The notes under the pieces: generated by a model
What the model saw: only the letters and a program-made list of their open reading frames with translations
The model's database searches: none
What the model was told of the DNA's origin: nothing
Position numbers and translations under genes: made by a program
Shown here: in pieces, positions 36,578 through 51,300 of the stretch
Layout: every line of letters begins with the position of its first letter
Numbering within the stretch: position 1 is the stretch's first letter
Assembly (NCBI RefSeq): GCF_002571385.2
Contig: NW_019217861.1
Location: forward strand, 35,108-99,107
Direction: 5' to 3'
DNA from: Stylophora pistillata
Lineage: Eukaryota
Length of the DNA stretch: 64,000 nt

Positions 36578-38631
36578 TGTCTGGAGTTACATAAGAGATG
36601 TTTTGGACTTTTTTTAATCTTGATAAGCAAAGTTAGATTGACATTCTTTTGCTTTTAATTTCACGTTTTCCCCTTTTCTAGTTGTATTGATAAGCTAAAG
36701 ATATGGTGTATTTGATGACCAAATTTGTTTGAATTTACAGATTACTTTGCTCGTTGTTGAGTCTGTACTTTTAGTACTGAGACGAAGCAATCGGTGAATT
36801 TCCAGTATATGTAACAGAGTGCAATTATGTGCGCAACCTTTGTGATACCATAAGATTTTTAATTGCAATAATGGGAACTAATTAGAAATCAGTTCTTAAA
36901 CATTGCAGTGTCTAATCAGGTATACGTATATTTACCCCTTTCCGTCATGTCAGCGAGGAACGGTCAAAAAATCAATAATCGAAATCAAATTCTACTTGGC
37001 ACGGATCCTTGGCTATCAGTTCCTAATCTTCCTTTTTTCTTAAGGGAAACAGATACTGGAGGGAAAAGATGATCGTGAACTTGCGTTATGCTGGGGCGCA
37101 CAGTGCAAAAAATGTATAGAGTTAACTCGCCAAGGAGCAAGAGGAGAACCAGCCCATTTTTCACGTTTGGTTTTTTTTTTTTTTTTTTTGTATTGTTTAT
37201 TTCATTTTAATCGAAAAAGTGGGGAGGGTTTATAGAGAAGGATGATTAACTGCAGTTCTCTTCTTTAGGACGACTGAGAATTCGAGGAATCTCCTTGATA
37301 TCTTTGAAAGAGAGAAAAAAGATCGAACAGTTGTCTGGCGCTCCGCTGTACTACACTGTTTCAAGAACAAGAATAACTTTAGTCCATAGATAAAAGGAGC
37401 GTAAACACATTTGAAAGGAGGAGAAATTATTGTCCAAAATTTATGGAATATTTACGTCTATCCTTCTCTATAATAACCTACATTCAGTTACGTAACATTT
37501 GCCACCAAGGGCGTTGCTTTCTTTCTACTGATCATGAGTTCTCTAAACAACTTTCTACTTTATTCCCGAAGCTTTCAGAAGAGAAGATTGAAGTTTTTCT
37601 TGTATTCGGCTGTAAGGCTGTTGGCCAGGTCAGTCATTACCACCAAAGGCTTTGTCAAATATTGTAATTCCCTGCTGATCAGGTGCCCGTCGCTNNNNNN
37701 NNNNNNNNNNNNNNNNNNNNNNNNNNNNNNNNNNNNNNNNNNNNNNNNNNNNNNNNNNNNNNNNNNNNNNNNNNNNNNNNNNNNNNNNNNNNNNNNNNNN
37801 NNNNNNNNNNNNNNNNNNNNNNNNNNNNNNNNNNNNNNNNNNNNNNNNNNNNNNNNNNNNNNNNNNNNNNNNNNNNNNNNNNNNNNNNNNNNNNNNNNNN
37901 NNNNNNNNNNNNNNNNNNNNNNNNNNNNNNNNNNNNNNNNNNNNNNNNNNNNNNNNNNNNNNNNNNNNNNNNNNNNNNNNNNNNNNNNNNNNNNNNNNNN
38001 NNNNNNNNNNNNNNNNNNNNNNNNNNNNNNNNNNNNNNNNNNNNNNNNNNNNNNNNNNNNNNNNNNNNNNNNNNNNNNNNNNNNNNNNNNNNNNNNNNNN
38101 NNNNNNNNNNNNNNNNNNNNNNNNNNNNNNNNNNNNNNNNNNNNNNNNNNNNNNNNNNNNNNNNNNNNNNNNNNNNNNNNNNNNNNNNNNNNNNNNNNNN
38201 NNNNNNNNNNNNNNNNNNNNNNNNNNNNNNNNNNNNNNNNNNNNNNNNNNNNNNNNNNNNNNNNNNNNNNNNNNNNNNNNNNNNNNNNNNNNNNNNNNNN
38301 NNNNNNNNNNNNNNNNNNNNNNNNNNNNNNNNNNNNNNNNNNNNNNNNNNNNNNNNNNNNNNNNNNNNNNNNNNNNNNNNNNNNNNNNNNNNNNNNNNNN
38401 NNNNNNNNNNNNNNNNNNNNNNNNNNNNNNNNNNNNNNNNNNNNNNNNNNNNNNNNNNNNNNNNNNNNNNNNNNNNNNNNNNNNNNNNNNNNNNNNNNNN
38501 NNNNNNNNNNNNNNNNNNNNNNNNNNNNNNNNNNNNNNNNNNNNNTTTTTTTTTTTTTTTTTTTTTTTTTTCTTGTATTGTTTATATCACTAGAATCAAT
38601 GCAGTGGCGAGGGTTTATAGAGAAGGATCCT

Positions 38632-39686
38632 TCACTGCAGTTCTCTGATTTGGGACGACTGAGAATTCGAGGAATCTCCTTGATATCTTTGAAAGAGAGA
38701 AAAAAGATCGAACAGTTGTCTGGCGCTCCGCTGTACTACACTGTTTCAAGAACAAGAATAACTTTAGTCCATAGATAAAAGGAGCGTAAACACATTTGAA
38801 AGGAGGAGAAATTATTGTCCAAAATTTATGGAATATTTACGTCTATCCTTCTCTATAATAACCTACATTCAGTTACGTAACATTTGCCACCAAGGGCGTT
38901 GCTTTCTTTCTACTGATCATGAGTTCTCTAAACAACTTTCTACTTTATTCCCGAAGCTTTCAGAAGAGAAGATTGAAGTTTTTCTTGTATTCGGCTGTAA
39001 GGCTGTTGGCCAGGTCAGTCATTACCACCAATGGCTTTGTCAAATATTGTAATTCCCTGCTGATCAGGTGCCCGTCGCTTTTGTCATTCAAGGAGTGACC
39101 TGTTTCAGACGTGAAGTACAAAGAAAAATTTACTAGAAAATGTTGTGGGTCATCGCGGTTTTGTAGATAAATGAGCATTTATTAATCGTTTATCACACAA
39201 CGTAGAGTCAGGCTATCAAGAGGATCGATCACGACTTTTCGATTGCAACACTGCAAGGCGACCAAGAAAAGGAAAGTTAACGCGTCGCTATTCGCTATTT
39301 CTGATTTGTAATGAACGGGAAGGTGGGGGCGGGGGAACAGTATATGAGTCGTAATTGCGGCCTTGCCGTTCCCATGTTCTTTTCCCTTACTTGCGGGTGA
39401 GGCGGGGTGGGCTTTTTCTGAGATACCAAAAATATATGTATTTGCTTGCTTTAAAACTTACGGTGAGGAATTAATTGCAAGATCTAGCTGCATGTAAGTA
39501 GCCTACCTGTTAGAACGACGTTCTTGACATTTTTCAGCGCATTGAATGCTTCATAAGGGTTTTTGTCTGAAACGATTCCCTTGACTGATTGAACAGGATT
39601 ATCGCCACGTTTTGACAGCACCATGTCATGTAAACTTTGCGGAACTAAAATGGATTTCTCCATATCTCCTCGACAGCGTTCACAAA
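38632..39686 (-). pseudogene. Candidate 3' exons of an unrecognised spliced gene, disrupted by stops
   Basis: Three phase-compatible GT-AG exons at 39686-39507, 39099-38877 and 38740-38632. The middle exon has TGA (38960-38962) and TAA (38945-38947). Confidence 0.35.
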
Positions 39687-42600
39687 CTGAAAATATGAAC
39701 AAGAGTATTCGAGAAAAATTAGCGAAAATTGACAGAACAGTCACTTCCTTTGTTCCAGCCTTTGTTCCCAAGTACGCCTCTATAGCACCCCGTCGCCTCT
39801 CCTCAAGATCGTTGTGGCTGTTTTCTTTTCTCTTTTTCTATGATCGGTTTCCAAGTTAGAACTCATGAAGTAAAATGTGATCAATATGTCCTAAAGTAAA
39901 GGTTCGTTTCAAACGAGGAAAAATATAGCTTTTATATTTCGACACGAGGTTGATTTGCTAGCCGTGAGGTCTGTGTAATTAGTTATTCACCCTTTCGTGA
40001 CAAAGGCGTATGTACTTCTTGTGGCAATGAGAGACCTGATCGTTCAAGAACATGTAAAGTTTTAATGGTAATGTTAGAAAAGCCCTCTTATTTACCACTC
40101 ATTAGAATCAACATTCCAGTCTGTTCTATGGTGGAGTCAATAAACAATTGATCATGCCCTGACTGAAACGGACATAAACAATGCGAAGAATAAGGGAGTT
40201 CTTGATAAGTCAGAAATGGCCTGAAAAACTTATCATAGGTCCAAAATGTAAGGAAACTCTCGAAAGAAGACAATATTTGTTAGTAAAGGAACTTTCTTTT
40301 GGTGAGTGAATTCCCCACTAATGGCTTTTACAATTCCCTTAAAACCAAGTATACTACGAAACTGTAGAAACTAGCCATGTAGGTGGATCATGCGACAGAG
40401 ACCGTACATTTTGAACTTGTTATTACAGCATCCGACATGTGAGAGAGATTTCATAACGCCTTTGGGATCCCTATTAAATATGTGAAGATTCAGTGGTTCA
40501 TAGAGGGAATGGATTATTATAATTTTTTGATATCTATACAACGGTCTATAGTTGTCGTTTGTTCATTCAAAGGGAAGAACATCAGCGTCAAATACTGTCA
40601 AATCTGTCAAAAATGTCACTTGGATAGTGACAGTAAACATTCGCTCATTGCAAGATCGCTGCCGGATACTAGTACCCAGCTCTGCAATGACTGTCGATTG
40701 TGAAATTGCAACTAAATGGGTATGGAGACATTTTAGAAACAATTCCATGATCGACACGATTTAGATTCACGAAAGTATTTTCTATTTACTCTTCCGTGCA
40801 AATCCCCTCCGTGGCCCATTGTTAACGGATGTTTACGAGTATCGTACCTCTTTCCTACCGGTAGGTAAGGTGGTCGCATGCACCCCAGCAGACAAAATTA
40901 TTGGAAGTGTGCCACTCTTTATAGCTTTTTGTTTAGTGATGTCCTCGAATATCCAGCCGAAGGTATCATGACCTTTTCCTACAAGTGGCTAGGGAGGGGG
41001 GAAAGGGGTCGAATGCAATTTAGGTACGAAAGGCTCAAAGTTAATTTGTTGAGGGAATACAGCGTTTGAACAATGCTCACGATCACTGGCGTAAAAACGC
41101 AAGCTAAGCTACCAGATGTTGGTATGGTAAGAGGAAGGGAATTAGGCCACAGTAGCGGCACGTGGCATTGGACGTGACACGGGGGTAAAATAGTTTTGGA
41201 ACCTTCAGCCCCCTTTTTTAAACACAGCACGTGATTCCCAAGAATGAACTGTCGAGAGTAAGGGTTGTCTTGCAATAAAAACTGTCACATCACAATCGCG
41301 AAAAGCGGCAGTGAACATTAGTGGAGGGATAAAGAGGTTAGCTCGGTGCATTAAGAGAGACACAGAGAGATTTATTTAAGTCAATCAACCTTGGTTGAAT
41401 GGGTCTGGCGCTGAAGTTCTGCTGTCTTCTACTGCAATTAAAGTCCCTAAAGCATCTGCTATGGAAAGTAACAGTTTCATTATCGACAGGATCGAGACAT
41501 GCGAAAGTATAGTGAAGTTCTTTCTTTCATGCATGCAAAATCTCTTGCAGGCAGAGTTACTGAATTTTCTTCTGGTATAGAGTCTTTTCTTTATGTAAAA
41601 GCCATAGAAAATATAGCCAATCAGAAAACAGAAAAGCGGATGTTTATCCAACCGAACCTTTCAATCGTTCTCTGCGATCTTACCACCATTAAAATTTAGA
41701 AACTGGTGCCATTTCCGGTTTCTTCAAAGCGATCAACCATGATAACTTAATTTGCTATGCACTCTTTGTTTTGTGACAACTTCTCAATTTTAGATTTTAA
41801 AACGTTGCCAAGATTGTAAGGAGTTAGTTCAAAATTAATTTTACGTGTCTACCTCATTGATGGTGTTGGTATTTGTTTTATTTCATCCTTTCGTTTTTTT
41901 GTGGAATGGTACAAAACATACTTTTTCGAGGTATACCATGGAATGTCCCTCTAGTCATATTCATTTTCATAACACACATTCGACTGAAATCTCCTAAGAC
42001 TTATGGATACTCCATGGTTTACCCAGGAATGCTAGACCATTACGTGTAAAGCCATGTAAGACCAATAGGTGTCGTGACACTTTTATTAACAAATGTGCAG
42101 TTAACGTTCTTTTTTAGCAATTCAGCTGCGCTAATTCTAAAATTTTATATTCGTAGTCGTAGGATTCTTATTGCATGCAAGTAATTATATTTATAAAATT
42201 TCCCCTTCTATACATTGTAAACCTTAGCAATTCAGTCCATGCTGCTATTAAGGTATTGAATAAACCATTCTTCTTCTTCTTCCTCTTTTTCTACCCACTC
42301 TAAAGCGTTGTGCAACTAGTACGCGCTAAGATGTCTGTCAGGACACAGGTCATACAAGGAATATCCAAATTCGAAGAACATGACTTTTTCCTACAAGTGT
42401 TAAGGGGGGGACCTTCCCTTCCCTCCCCCCTCCCCACAACCACTGCGCCTTACGGGCCTTTTAATGTATGTATGTATGTATGTATTTACGATATTTAGAC
42501 AGGCCAGCCCAGTTAAACTTGAAGCTGGTTTAAATGGGGGCTTGTACATCCCACCATCTCCCCCCAGGGGAGGATATCCATCACAAAGTTGATCTTTACC

Positions 42601-43572
42601 TTTTCCCAGTCAGTGGTCTACCGAAAATAGCAAACTTAATTGCCAGATGTTGGTTTTGTCTATAATGACCAGGAGGACGAGTCTGAACTATTGCAGTCAA
42701 ACACTATGATCGTTTCTGTTTTCACGTTAATGGCACGTGTCTTGAAAATTTTTGGAAATCATCTCGCATCGATTCTATCTCTGAGCACTACGTGCGTTCT
42801 TAACATTTTATTGCTGTAAAAGTATCGCTCCTTCGCAGCAAAAAGATCAAATCGTAATTGCGAAAAGAGACAATTACACATTGGTGTTTAAGTAAGAGGT
42901 TGATTTATTGCGCCATAAAGAATTGGAGAGGTTCGCCTTTCTACTGATCAGCCGTGGCTGGCTCTTACTCGCATTGTTTTAAGACAGGTTTTAATTTCAT
43001 TTCATAAAGGTTTGGTAAATTACAGCTGGCAATTCAGTTAGCTTTTCTCATGATTATTTTCCGAAGAAAGAGCTAACAATGGGTGTGTCGCCTCTCAGCG
43101 ACTTGTGCTAAATTCACTCATTTTTTTCTGTCCATGAATCCCTTTTGTTCGAAGAGCTTGTGTATGACCTGCATAACTTAAGGAGTGACTTGTTTTCGTG
43201 ATTATGTAACAGTTCCTCTTTGAGTCAAACATTCAGCGGCGCGACATGCCAAATTCAGATTACTACCAGCATCGTCTGTCGTCCTTGTGGGAAACGAAAA
43301 AATTAAGATACCGAGTTATCCTTACTGTAGACTACGATTGTCCGGCTGAGAATTCCTTCGCTTTCAGACCAGTCTCCATGGTCAGATAGCGAAAAGGCCT
43401 TTCTCCCTAAGGTTTCCAACGACAACGATATTGGAAGTAAACCTTTGAGCTGTGATCTTGATCGAATCAAACTTTTCTTGCCTCTTCTTCCTCAATCCCT
43501 GTAGTGGAATTAATTCTACCGATTCCTTATTCGTTTACACGTCTCCTACTAGCTCTACTGTGTACAAGACTT

Positions 43573-46500
43573 TTAACTGACCGAGGATTCTACACCAAAC
43601 AATGCATCAATGCCATCAGGAAAAGACAGTTTCTCGAATGTCTCGTACCGAAGAAATAAGTGTTCAGCCAATTGTGTCGGATCTGTAATAGGAATCTGGA
43701 AATACCAGAAAAAAAATTCCTTTACAATTCAGAAGCAATATATGAAAATAATTATTCATTCGAGTAGGGGTTTTGGTAACTCAGTTTTTCCATACTGAGC
43801 GGCCGCTGATGTTGTAATAAGTGACTGCACCCGAAAAAGGGGCCGAAAGCACATGAGCCTACCCAAAGGCTAGACAGATGCAGGTCTGGAGTTCTAACAG
43901 GCAGCAGTAGACCACTAGTAACTCACTTTTATTGAAATTCCCTGCTGAGGCGAATGGCAAGAGTAGGGACTGGGAAAAGAACGGAGGGGTGGGAGGCAGG
44001 TAAATATGCATGGCTGCTAGAACTCAAGCCTGGTTCTGTTGCATGAAGTGACTAGGGACACTGCTACTCCTCCTGGATGAAAAGCTTGTTCAACTCATGC
44101 AACCCAAAAATATTTGCAAGGCTCCCCATTCACTTTCTATTACAGTTTGCTGGTTAGCATTTTTCCCTTCTTGTGAGAAGATCCTGACCTAGGCCCAAAC
44201 CTGTTAAAATTCAAATTTGTCAAGGACAATTCAAGTGCCACAACATGGACCAACCTTTAATTCCAAGAGGTCTTCCACTTTTCTTTCTTTTGATGAATAC
44301 TCCCTCAACATGTATGATGTGCCAGCCTGTAATTGGACCACACAATATTAGACGGGTAACAAAGGTCAGTTAATAAACGGCTACAAAAAGGAAAAAACAA
44401 ATGTCTTAAAGGTGATTCTGTTTGGACCCTGCAGTAAAACTACCCAAGTGTTCCTTAGCAACTACATTTGTCAAACTAACAAGAAGACTTAAAATTTTCA
44501 GAACCAGTCTCTTGAAAAAAGTGTACAGTGGTAAATCTTATTTTTATTAAAAAGAGATGTGTACCTTGTGATAAATTCTAGTATCATTGATCCTAACGAG
44601 AACTCCATCTACTCTTAAAAAATATCTCAGTAACAGGAAGAAACCCCCTTGCATAACACGCTGAAAGCATAAAATACATGAAATGAGTATGATGTCCAAG
44701 CAATGCTCAAGGCTATATAATCACATATCAAGAATTTCTCTCTCAATCAAAGAAAGAGAGTTTTCAATCTATGGGATAAAAATGTATGTAGCACACAGTT
44801 ACACAGACCCCTTGTTACCAATTTACAAACTATGGAAAAGTTTTTCAGTAACAAGAATATCATTAGGTAGTTTTTACAACAATGGGGTGGCCAAACAAAA
44901 TGTGATCTCAAGAATAATAAAAAAACAGAAGTTGCAATAGAGGTTTTGCACAGCAGCCATGTTGGATGGCAGGAACAATAGATAATTTTACCCATGGGAA
45001 AAAAATTCTTTCTTATGCATAATATTTTCATTGTTCCTGCCATCCAACATGGCTGCTGTGCAAAACCTCTATACCACAACTGAGTTTTGTGAATTTCTTT
45101 TGCAATTCTTTGGCTTGTTGAGAAAAAAAAAAAAAAAAACCTGGGTATTACATTGCTCTTCATTTGCATTTGACTTCCTCGCATTCAATCGTATTAACCT
45201 TACATTTGGTCACACGCATATACAGCTGCATCTGGTATCCCTTACCATTTTGACATTCAACTTTGCTATGCCATTATCTGCTAATTCATCTTCATACAAT
45301 ATAATGTCCTCATAGAAATAAATCTTTTCTTTAACTTTCAGCTGTTCTAGATCTATTCTTTCTTTGGTGGACTCAACCTATGATAAATAAGGAGAACAAT
45401 TGGCATATCACTTAATGAAATTAATTAACCCTTAAACCCTAAGATCAGTGATATGCATCTAATTTCTTTCCACATTATCAACCCAAGTCAGATATTAAAG
45501 GTCAGGAGAATAAAAACAAAAGATTGCAAACTCAAGAAGCTCCCGATTATCTAACAAATTCTCTTTAGAAGAGCCTAAGGAAATGTATAGAGAACAGTAA
45601 TATGTATACTGATATTGTGGTGTAAAGGGTTGAACAAGTAAAGCAATATTTGCAAATAATGATACTTGAAATGGAAGAATAAAATTATATCAAAATACTT
45701 CCTAAATGAATGAGTCACTGATTGACAGATAAAGTTATAACTACTTAATTGTCCTACAATCTGAATTTTTAATATGCCAGAATAATATGACTGAAATATA
45801 TTGAATGAACAGTTCAGTTGCTGAGTCAAGGAACTTACACGGCATTACTGTCTTTCAGTTATCTTTATAACCACACCTGTAATACAATCTCCTCTTTTCC
45901 AGTCAATGTTCCCTTGTAATCTGTTGTGAATGTCCAGTCAAAAGGTTTTATAACCTCTTTGATATATTCTGAGTCCTGCCTACAAGATTCGGGTGAAAAA
46001 ATCAAAACAAAACAAACAAAAACAAAAAGAGAGACAAAAAAGATAAATGTAATTTGTTTAATTATCGACAACATTAATTAGCCTTTAACTCCCAGATGTG
46101 ACTGACATGTAAGAGTTCTCCCTATAAAATCCATTTTCACCATCCAGCAAACAGTAATTAAAATGAGAAATAAAACTCAAACTTATCAGGTGAAAGTTGT
46201 TATCTTGATCTTAAACCAAATTCTGGTAACTAGTTTACAAGGAAATGTGTAGCACCTGGAGAATTAGCTATCAGATCTTGGATAAATTCTAAAAAGGTTA
46301 CATGTATCAGCTCTTAGATAGTTAGTTCTCCTATCAGTTCTCGACACTTTATGTGATTGCCTACCTCAAAAATCTGAGTTTTCTCACTTTCTACACCTTT
46401 AGCAAGATGGAAAAGTATTTCTTTTAGATCCCCACTGAATCTTAAAACTTTACACTGCATAAATCACCTAATAGTAAGAATACAGTTGAAGTCCTTCACT

Positions 46501-47196
46501 AATATTCTCTGACTGAGTAGGCACTGTTTCATGATCAGAGGACAGCTCTGACTATAAATGCTTCACATGCCTAGTCTTTTAAAGTTGTACTCTTGTGAGA
46601 GCTCTTATCTGAATACCTCACAGGGATGTCAAATATTTTATTTATGAGCTTAACCTTTTGCTTTGCCATTCTTCTGCAACAGCAACTTTCATCAAGTCAT
46701 GCTGGTTATCTACCAGTTTTAGTGCATCCAGAGCATTAAATTGAATTCCAAATCCTGCCGCATGATCGATCTGCAGAACATTGTCGCCAAACACCATTTC
46801 AGGAAGAGAAGGAAGCTCCAGCTCAGTAGAGATCCTTATGATGTAACAGTACAAAAAAAAAGAAAAAAAAAAAAAAGAATGATCTATCAGGAACCCTGGC
46901 CACCCCAAGTTCAAATTTGTTCAACACCGAAAAGTTCCAGTAAGATGGAAGGAATAAAACTAGCATTGAATAATATCCCTGTATATCTCTTGAGATCTGC
47001 TTAAATACGCATGAAAAAAATTCTAAAAACATTATTCAGTAGGCTCCACAACCAAAATATTTCATTCGTCACTTCATACTACACGTGATTTACGAGTTGT
47101 ACAACGGTACCTCTCCGCGTCATTCGCTTTTAGAATAGCTCCTTTGGTGGAAGTTATTTTCCAAGGTCCAAAGCTAAAGACATCAGACTTCTTCAT
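43573..47196 (-). CDS. TIPRL: TIP41-like protein (PP2A regulator)
   Basis: Exons 47196-47111, 46834-46655, 45979-45877, 45377-45246, 44660-44565, 44326-44255, (43941-43927 optional), 43695-43573. Motifs [47 protein letters not shown]. Confidence 0.92.
44937..45072. mobile_element. MITE with long TIRs
   Basis: ATAGAGGTTTTGCACAGCAGCCATGTTGGATGGCAGGAACAAT and its exact reverse complement. Confidence 0.85.
45425..45633. mobile_element. Old TTAA-CCC-ended (piggyBac-like) MITE
   Basis: TTAACCCTT...AAGGGTTGA termini. Related degenerate copies near 9960, 10410, 46085 and 52860. Confidence 0.5.
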
Positions 47197-48316
47197 TCTT
47201 AATCTTGTATTCTATCTCACTTTAGCGAGGAGATTCTCAATCTTGTATTCTATCTTACTTTAGCGAGGAGATTCTATATCGGATAATGGCAGAATGAAAG
47301 ATAATACGATTAAAGAGAGAATTACTAAAGCCTGTCATATAGCGGCCCAGCGGCCTTCTAGGAGACTCAACGAGTATTAAACATGTTGTGTAAGTGTCAC
47401 GGGAAACTACATGACATTTCACATAAGCATACATAAGCTAAAAATGTTTCGCGCGCAAAGTGCAAATATGTGGAATTATATTTTGTATTATTACACGACT
47501 CGGGAAGTCAGAGGGCCAATAACTAAAATAAAACAATCAAAATGCTCTATTGCCGGTCAATATTCTCTCAGTATTGGACCGGGCACTGTCCCGAATGGTC
47601 CCGAATGATACCGCACTTGTGTCCCTTTGANNNNNNNNNNNNNNNNNNNNNNNNNNNNNNNNNNNNNNNNNNNNNNNNNNNNNNNNNNNNNNNNNNNNNN
47701 NNNNNNNNNNNNNNNNNNNNNNNNNNNNNNNNNNNNNNNNNNNNNNNNNNNNNNNNNNNNNNNNNNNNNNNNNNNNNNNNNNNNNNNNNNNNNNNNNNNN
47801 NNNNNNNNNNNNNNNNNNNNNNNNNNNNNNNNNNNNNNNCCCTTCCCCCCAAACCTGGAGGTTAAAAACTCTTTACACCGACAGCTTATGCTAATATAAT
47901 ATTGAGATTCCAGATAGTCAACTGGTAATCGTGGGCATGCAACGAGTGCTAAAAAGGTCATCGAGGTCATCGAGGTCGCGAGTTCGAATCACACTCTTGG
48001 AGTTATTCTCTAGATCTATCTGGCTTGGGAGCCGAAGAACTTCTCCCCTAGTATGATTTGGAGCTGACGCACAAGGAGCAACTCTCGAACTACTGGCTTG
48101 GGGACCGAGTAGCTCCTCCCCGTAAAATTGTTGTTTTTATTTATTTTTATATTTTTGCTATCTTTTTTATTTTTAAATCATTATCAGTTTTTATCTTCTT
48201 TTTCCCTTCTCCTTTTTTTTTCGGCGCAGTGGCGTACCGGTGTGGTAGTTGAGAGATAACCTGGTGACCATACCGCTGACAAATGACGCTGGGCTCGAGG
48301 TTGCGTAATTTTCAAC

Positions 48317-51300
48317 ATGGCGGACCACGAGGGCCTTACAAACGAAATTGTTCAGAAAGAAAACCTCCGCAGAACTTTAGATCAAAAGGCGCTTGAGAAC
48401 CCTACATATCAGGGTATTATGGCGTTTAATACGGTTGAAAAATTTGTAAGCACTCCTGATGATAGATACGTGCCACCAAAGTTTCCCTTTGAACTTCCCA
48501 AATTTGACCGATCGACCCCATTTGGGAATGAAATGCGAAAACATTTCTTGTTGGATCTGGACAAGTGGACGTTCTTGAATCACGGTGCTTTTGGATGTGC
48601 CCTGGAAAAAGGTCTGGAAACAGCTTATAAATGGCAGTGTTACGTGGAACAGCAGCCTGTGCGATTCGTAGACAGAGAAATGTTGCCACTTTTAGCTCAT
48701 GTTAACCGTCGATTGGCTAAGTTTGTTGGTGCAGAACCAAGTGATCTTGTTCTTTTACCGAATGCGACTGCTGCCATCAACGCCGTGATTAGATCCATCG
48801 ACTGGCGTCCAGGAGATACCGTGTATTACTTGAACACGTGTTACTATACTGTTAAAAAATTATTTAGGCACCTTAGAAGCACCTATGGTAAGTCAGCACA
48901 GATATATGCGAAAACACAGAGGACCTCTTTTTCACCTAATTGACTCATAATAATTCTGACAGGATGGACCTTAACACTCCTGCATTTTATGGTTGTGTCA
49001 AAGGCCATCTCAGAGATCCAAGAAAACTGAAATATTTTCTTATTTGGCCTGAGCCATTTCTCCAGAGAAAAATGTTAGAACATTTTATTTATCTTTGAGA
49101 AATGTTATCTCATACTATCCAGGAAACAAGATAGAAAATTGTCTCCAAAATTTGCAGCACCACAGCACCACAACACCATAGTCTTGTTAGTCTTGGATTG
49201 GGACTTTCCTGGCTTAGGAGCTAAGTTCACAAAAGAGATCACTATTTATTTCACAAGAATAGAGAGCACAATTGGGCCTGATAACACAGTATCATAAAGA
49301 AGAGGGGGTGGTTCAAAATGATTCTTTTAGAAGCTTCAAACTGCATGGAGTAACCACAGGGATTTACTTCCAGGTGTTACTTTAAAGGAAACTACAATCA
49401 CATATCCTGCCACCAAAGAGGAAATCCTTGAAACAATAAAGGATACCCTGGAAGCAGGTACAAGACTGGCTTTATTTGGTCATATACCCAGTAACTATCC
49501 TGTTATTATGCCAGTGGAAGAAATGGTGAAACTGTGCCATAGCAGAGGTATTCCAGTTTTAATAGATGGTGCCCATGCACTTGGAACCCTGCCATTAGAT
49601 TTGAGCATTCTTAAGGCTGACTATTATGTGGCAAATGCACACAAGTGGCTTGCATGCCCCAAGGTATTTTTGTTGTCTGCCTCGTTGTTTGTGATGTGCT
49701 TTGCTTACCTTTGTAGGAAAAATGTAGGGTAGAGGTTTTCTGAGAGCTGGACTCTCCAATGTTGCTGACTACTTGACATTTTTTACTTAAGCAACAAGAT
49801 CTGTGGTTAGTTAATTGAGACTCCTCATATAGAAAGTGAGACAGGAGTGAATATGAGCTAGCTAGCTCAACACACCTAAGCCTCATTCCTCTCTTCTGCG
49901 TTAGATGATACGATACTTTATCATCATAGTCATCATCAGTGTCATCACCCTTGTTGTGGTTGTACTAATCAGCATTATTACAGTTGCCACAGCAGTCAAT
50001 GTTCTTGCCTTCTTTTGTCACTGCCCTCAGTTATATATTCATTGCTGCTTGGAATTTTACTTTCCATTCCAACCTTACCTTTCCATCTCCTCCTCTCCTT
50101 TCTCTTTCTCTTCCACCTGATCATACTGTTCATGATTGTAGTTATTTAAAAAATGTATTTACCTTCATGTCTTGGCAGGGTTGTGCATTCTTGCATGTTT
50201 CTAAAGAACACCAGCCAATGATCAAACCCCTTGTGATTTCAAGTGGTTTTGGAGCAGGATTTAACTCCCAATTCATATGGACAGGTAAAGCTTTTGTTCA
50301 TAAACTGCAAACTATCATCATGATAATTTTATCATTTTATTTTAAACTGGGGTTTCATTAATTTTTTCAGCAGGAGGGTGACTGGTTTTCACAAACGGCC
50401 AAAACTTTTTGAAATGAACTTTTTAACAAAATGAACTTTCCTCAAGATGGTCAGACCAGTTGGGCAAAAGCTTCCTTGCAACCAATGGATTTGTCTAGTG
50501 TCTGGCCCTTAATGAAAACCCTTGTGATGAAAGAGAGTGATGTGTTCCCACATTGGAACTTAATAAGTCCAGGCCATTACATGTGTTTCATTCTCCCAAG
50601 GTACAGATTAAAGGTGTTCCAGTAATCAGTCAGGGAAACCAGACAAACTATTGGGGTGAGGGGAGGGAGGGGGGGGGTCACTTGTGATGGATTTGCCACC
50701 CACATGGGCAGAGTAGGAGTACTCCTTGTCACTTAGTGCTTCAAAAAACAACATGAAACAAAAAGGAGAATCAGAAACCAGAAAAACCAAACAACAACAT
50801 CAATAAACTATCTGTGTTCTCTCAGCACTTACCAGCCCAGAGTTAAAAATAGTGAGATTTTTCTCATATCTATGTTAATTTTTTTTTCTTTTACAGGTTT
50901 GAGAGATTATAGTCCCTACTTGGCTCTAAACACTGGTGAGGTTAATGAATTAGAAATCTTAAGATGTTAAAAAGATTTTTTTAAAAAACTCTTACTTTTA
51001 AGTAATAAAAGCTTTTTGTAGCATCTATTGGAGTATTGCAAAACTGATGTTTAACTGGTCAATTCCTTCTTAATTATGGATTTTCTTTACAAAAAACTTA
51101 ACTGCAGTCCTTCTATTCAGCTCAATGTTCAACTGATCAGTCTTTGTATTGAATGATCAATTTAGGTTTAATCAATCTATGTGTTATTTTAGCATTCATG
51201 TACCAAACAACTCCAACTTATTCCAACTTACTCCTCTCTGGTCATCTTTTTCTGGACTGGCTATTAAAAAGGAAAACATTCACACTAAAATAGTCGGCTT

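Noticed and set aside
37165-39080. About 520-bp direct duplication on either side of the N-gap at 37695-38545
   Set aside because: Near-identical copies abut a scaffold gap and diverge mainly next to a poly-T. Most likely overlapping contig ends or haplotypes rather than a true tandem duplication.
47201-47275. 37-bp tandem duplication just upstream of the TIPRL ATG (similar short duplication at 52195-52264)
   Set aside because: Two-copy local slippage duplications. Not CRISPR-like and no functional evidence.
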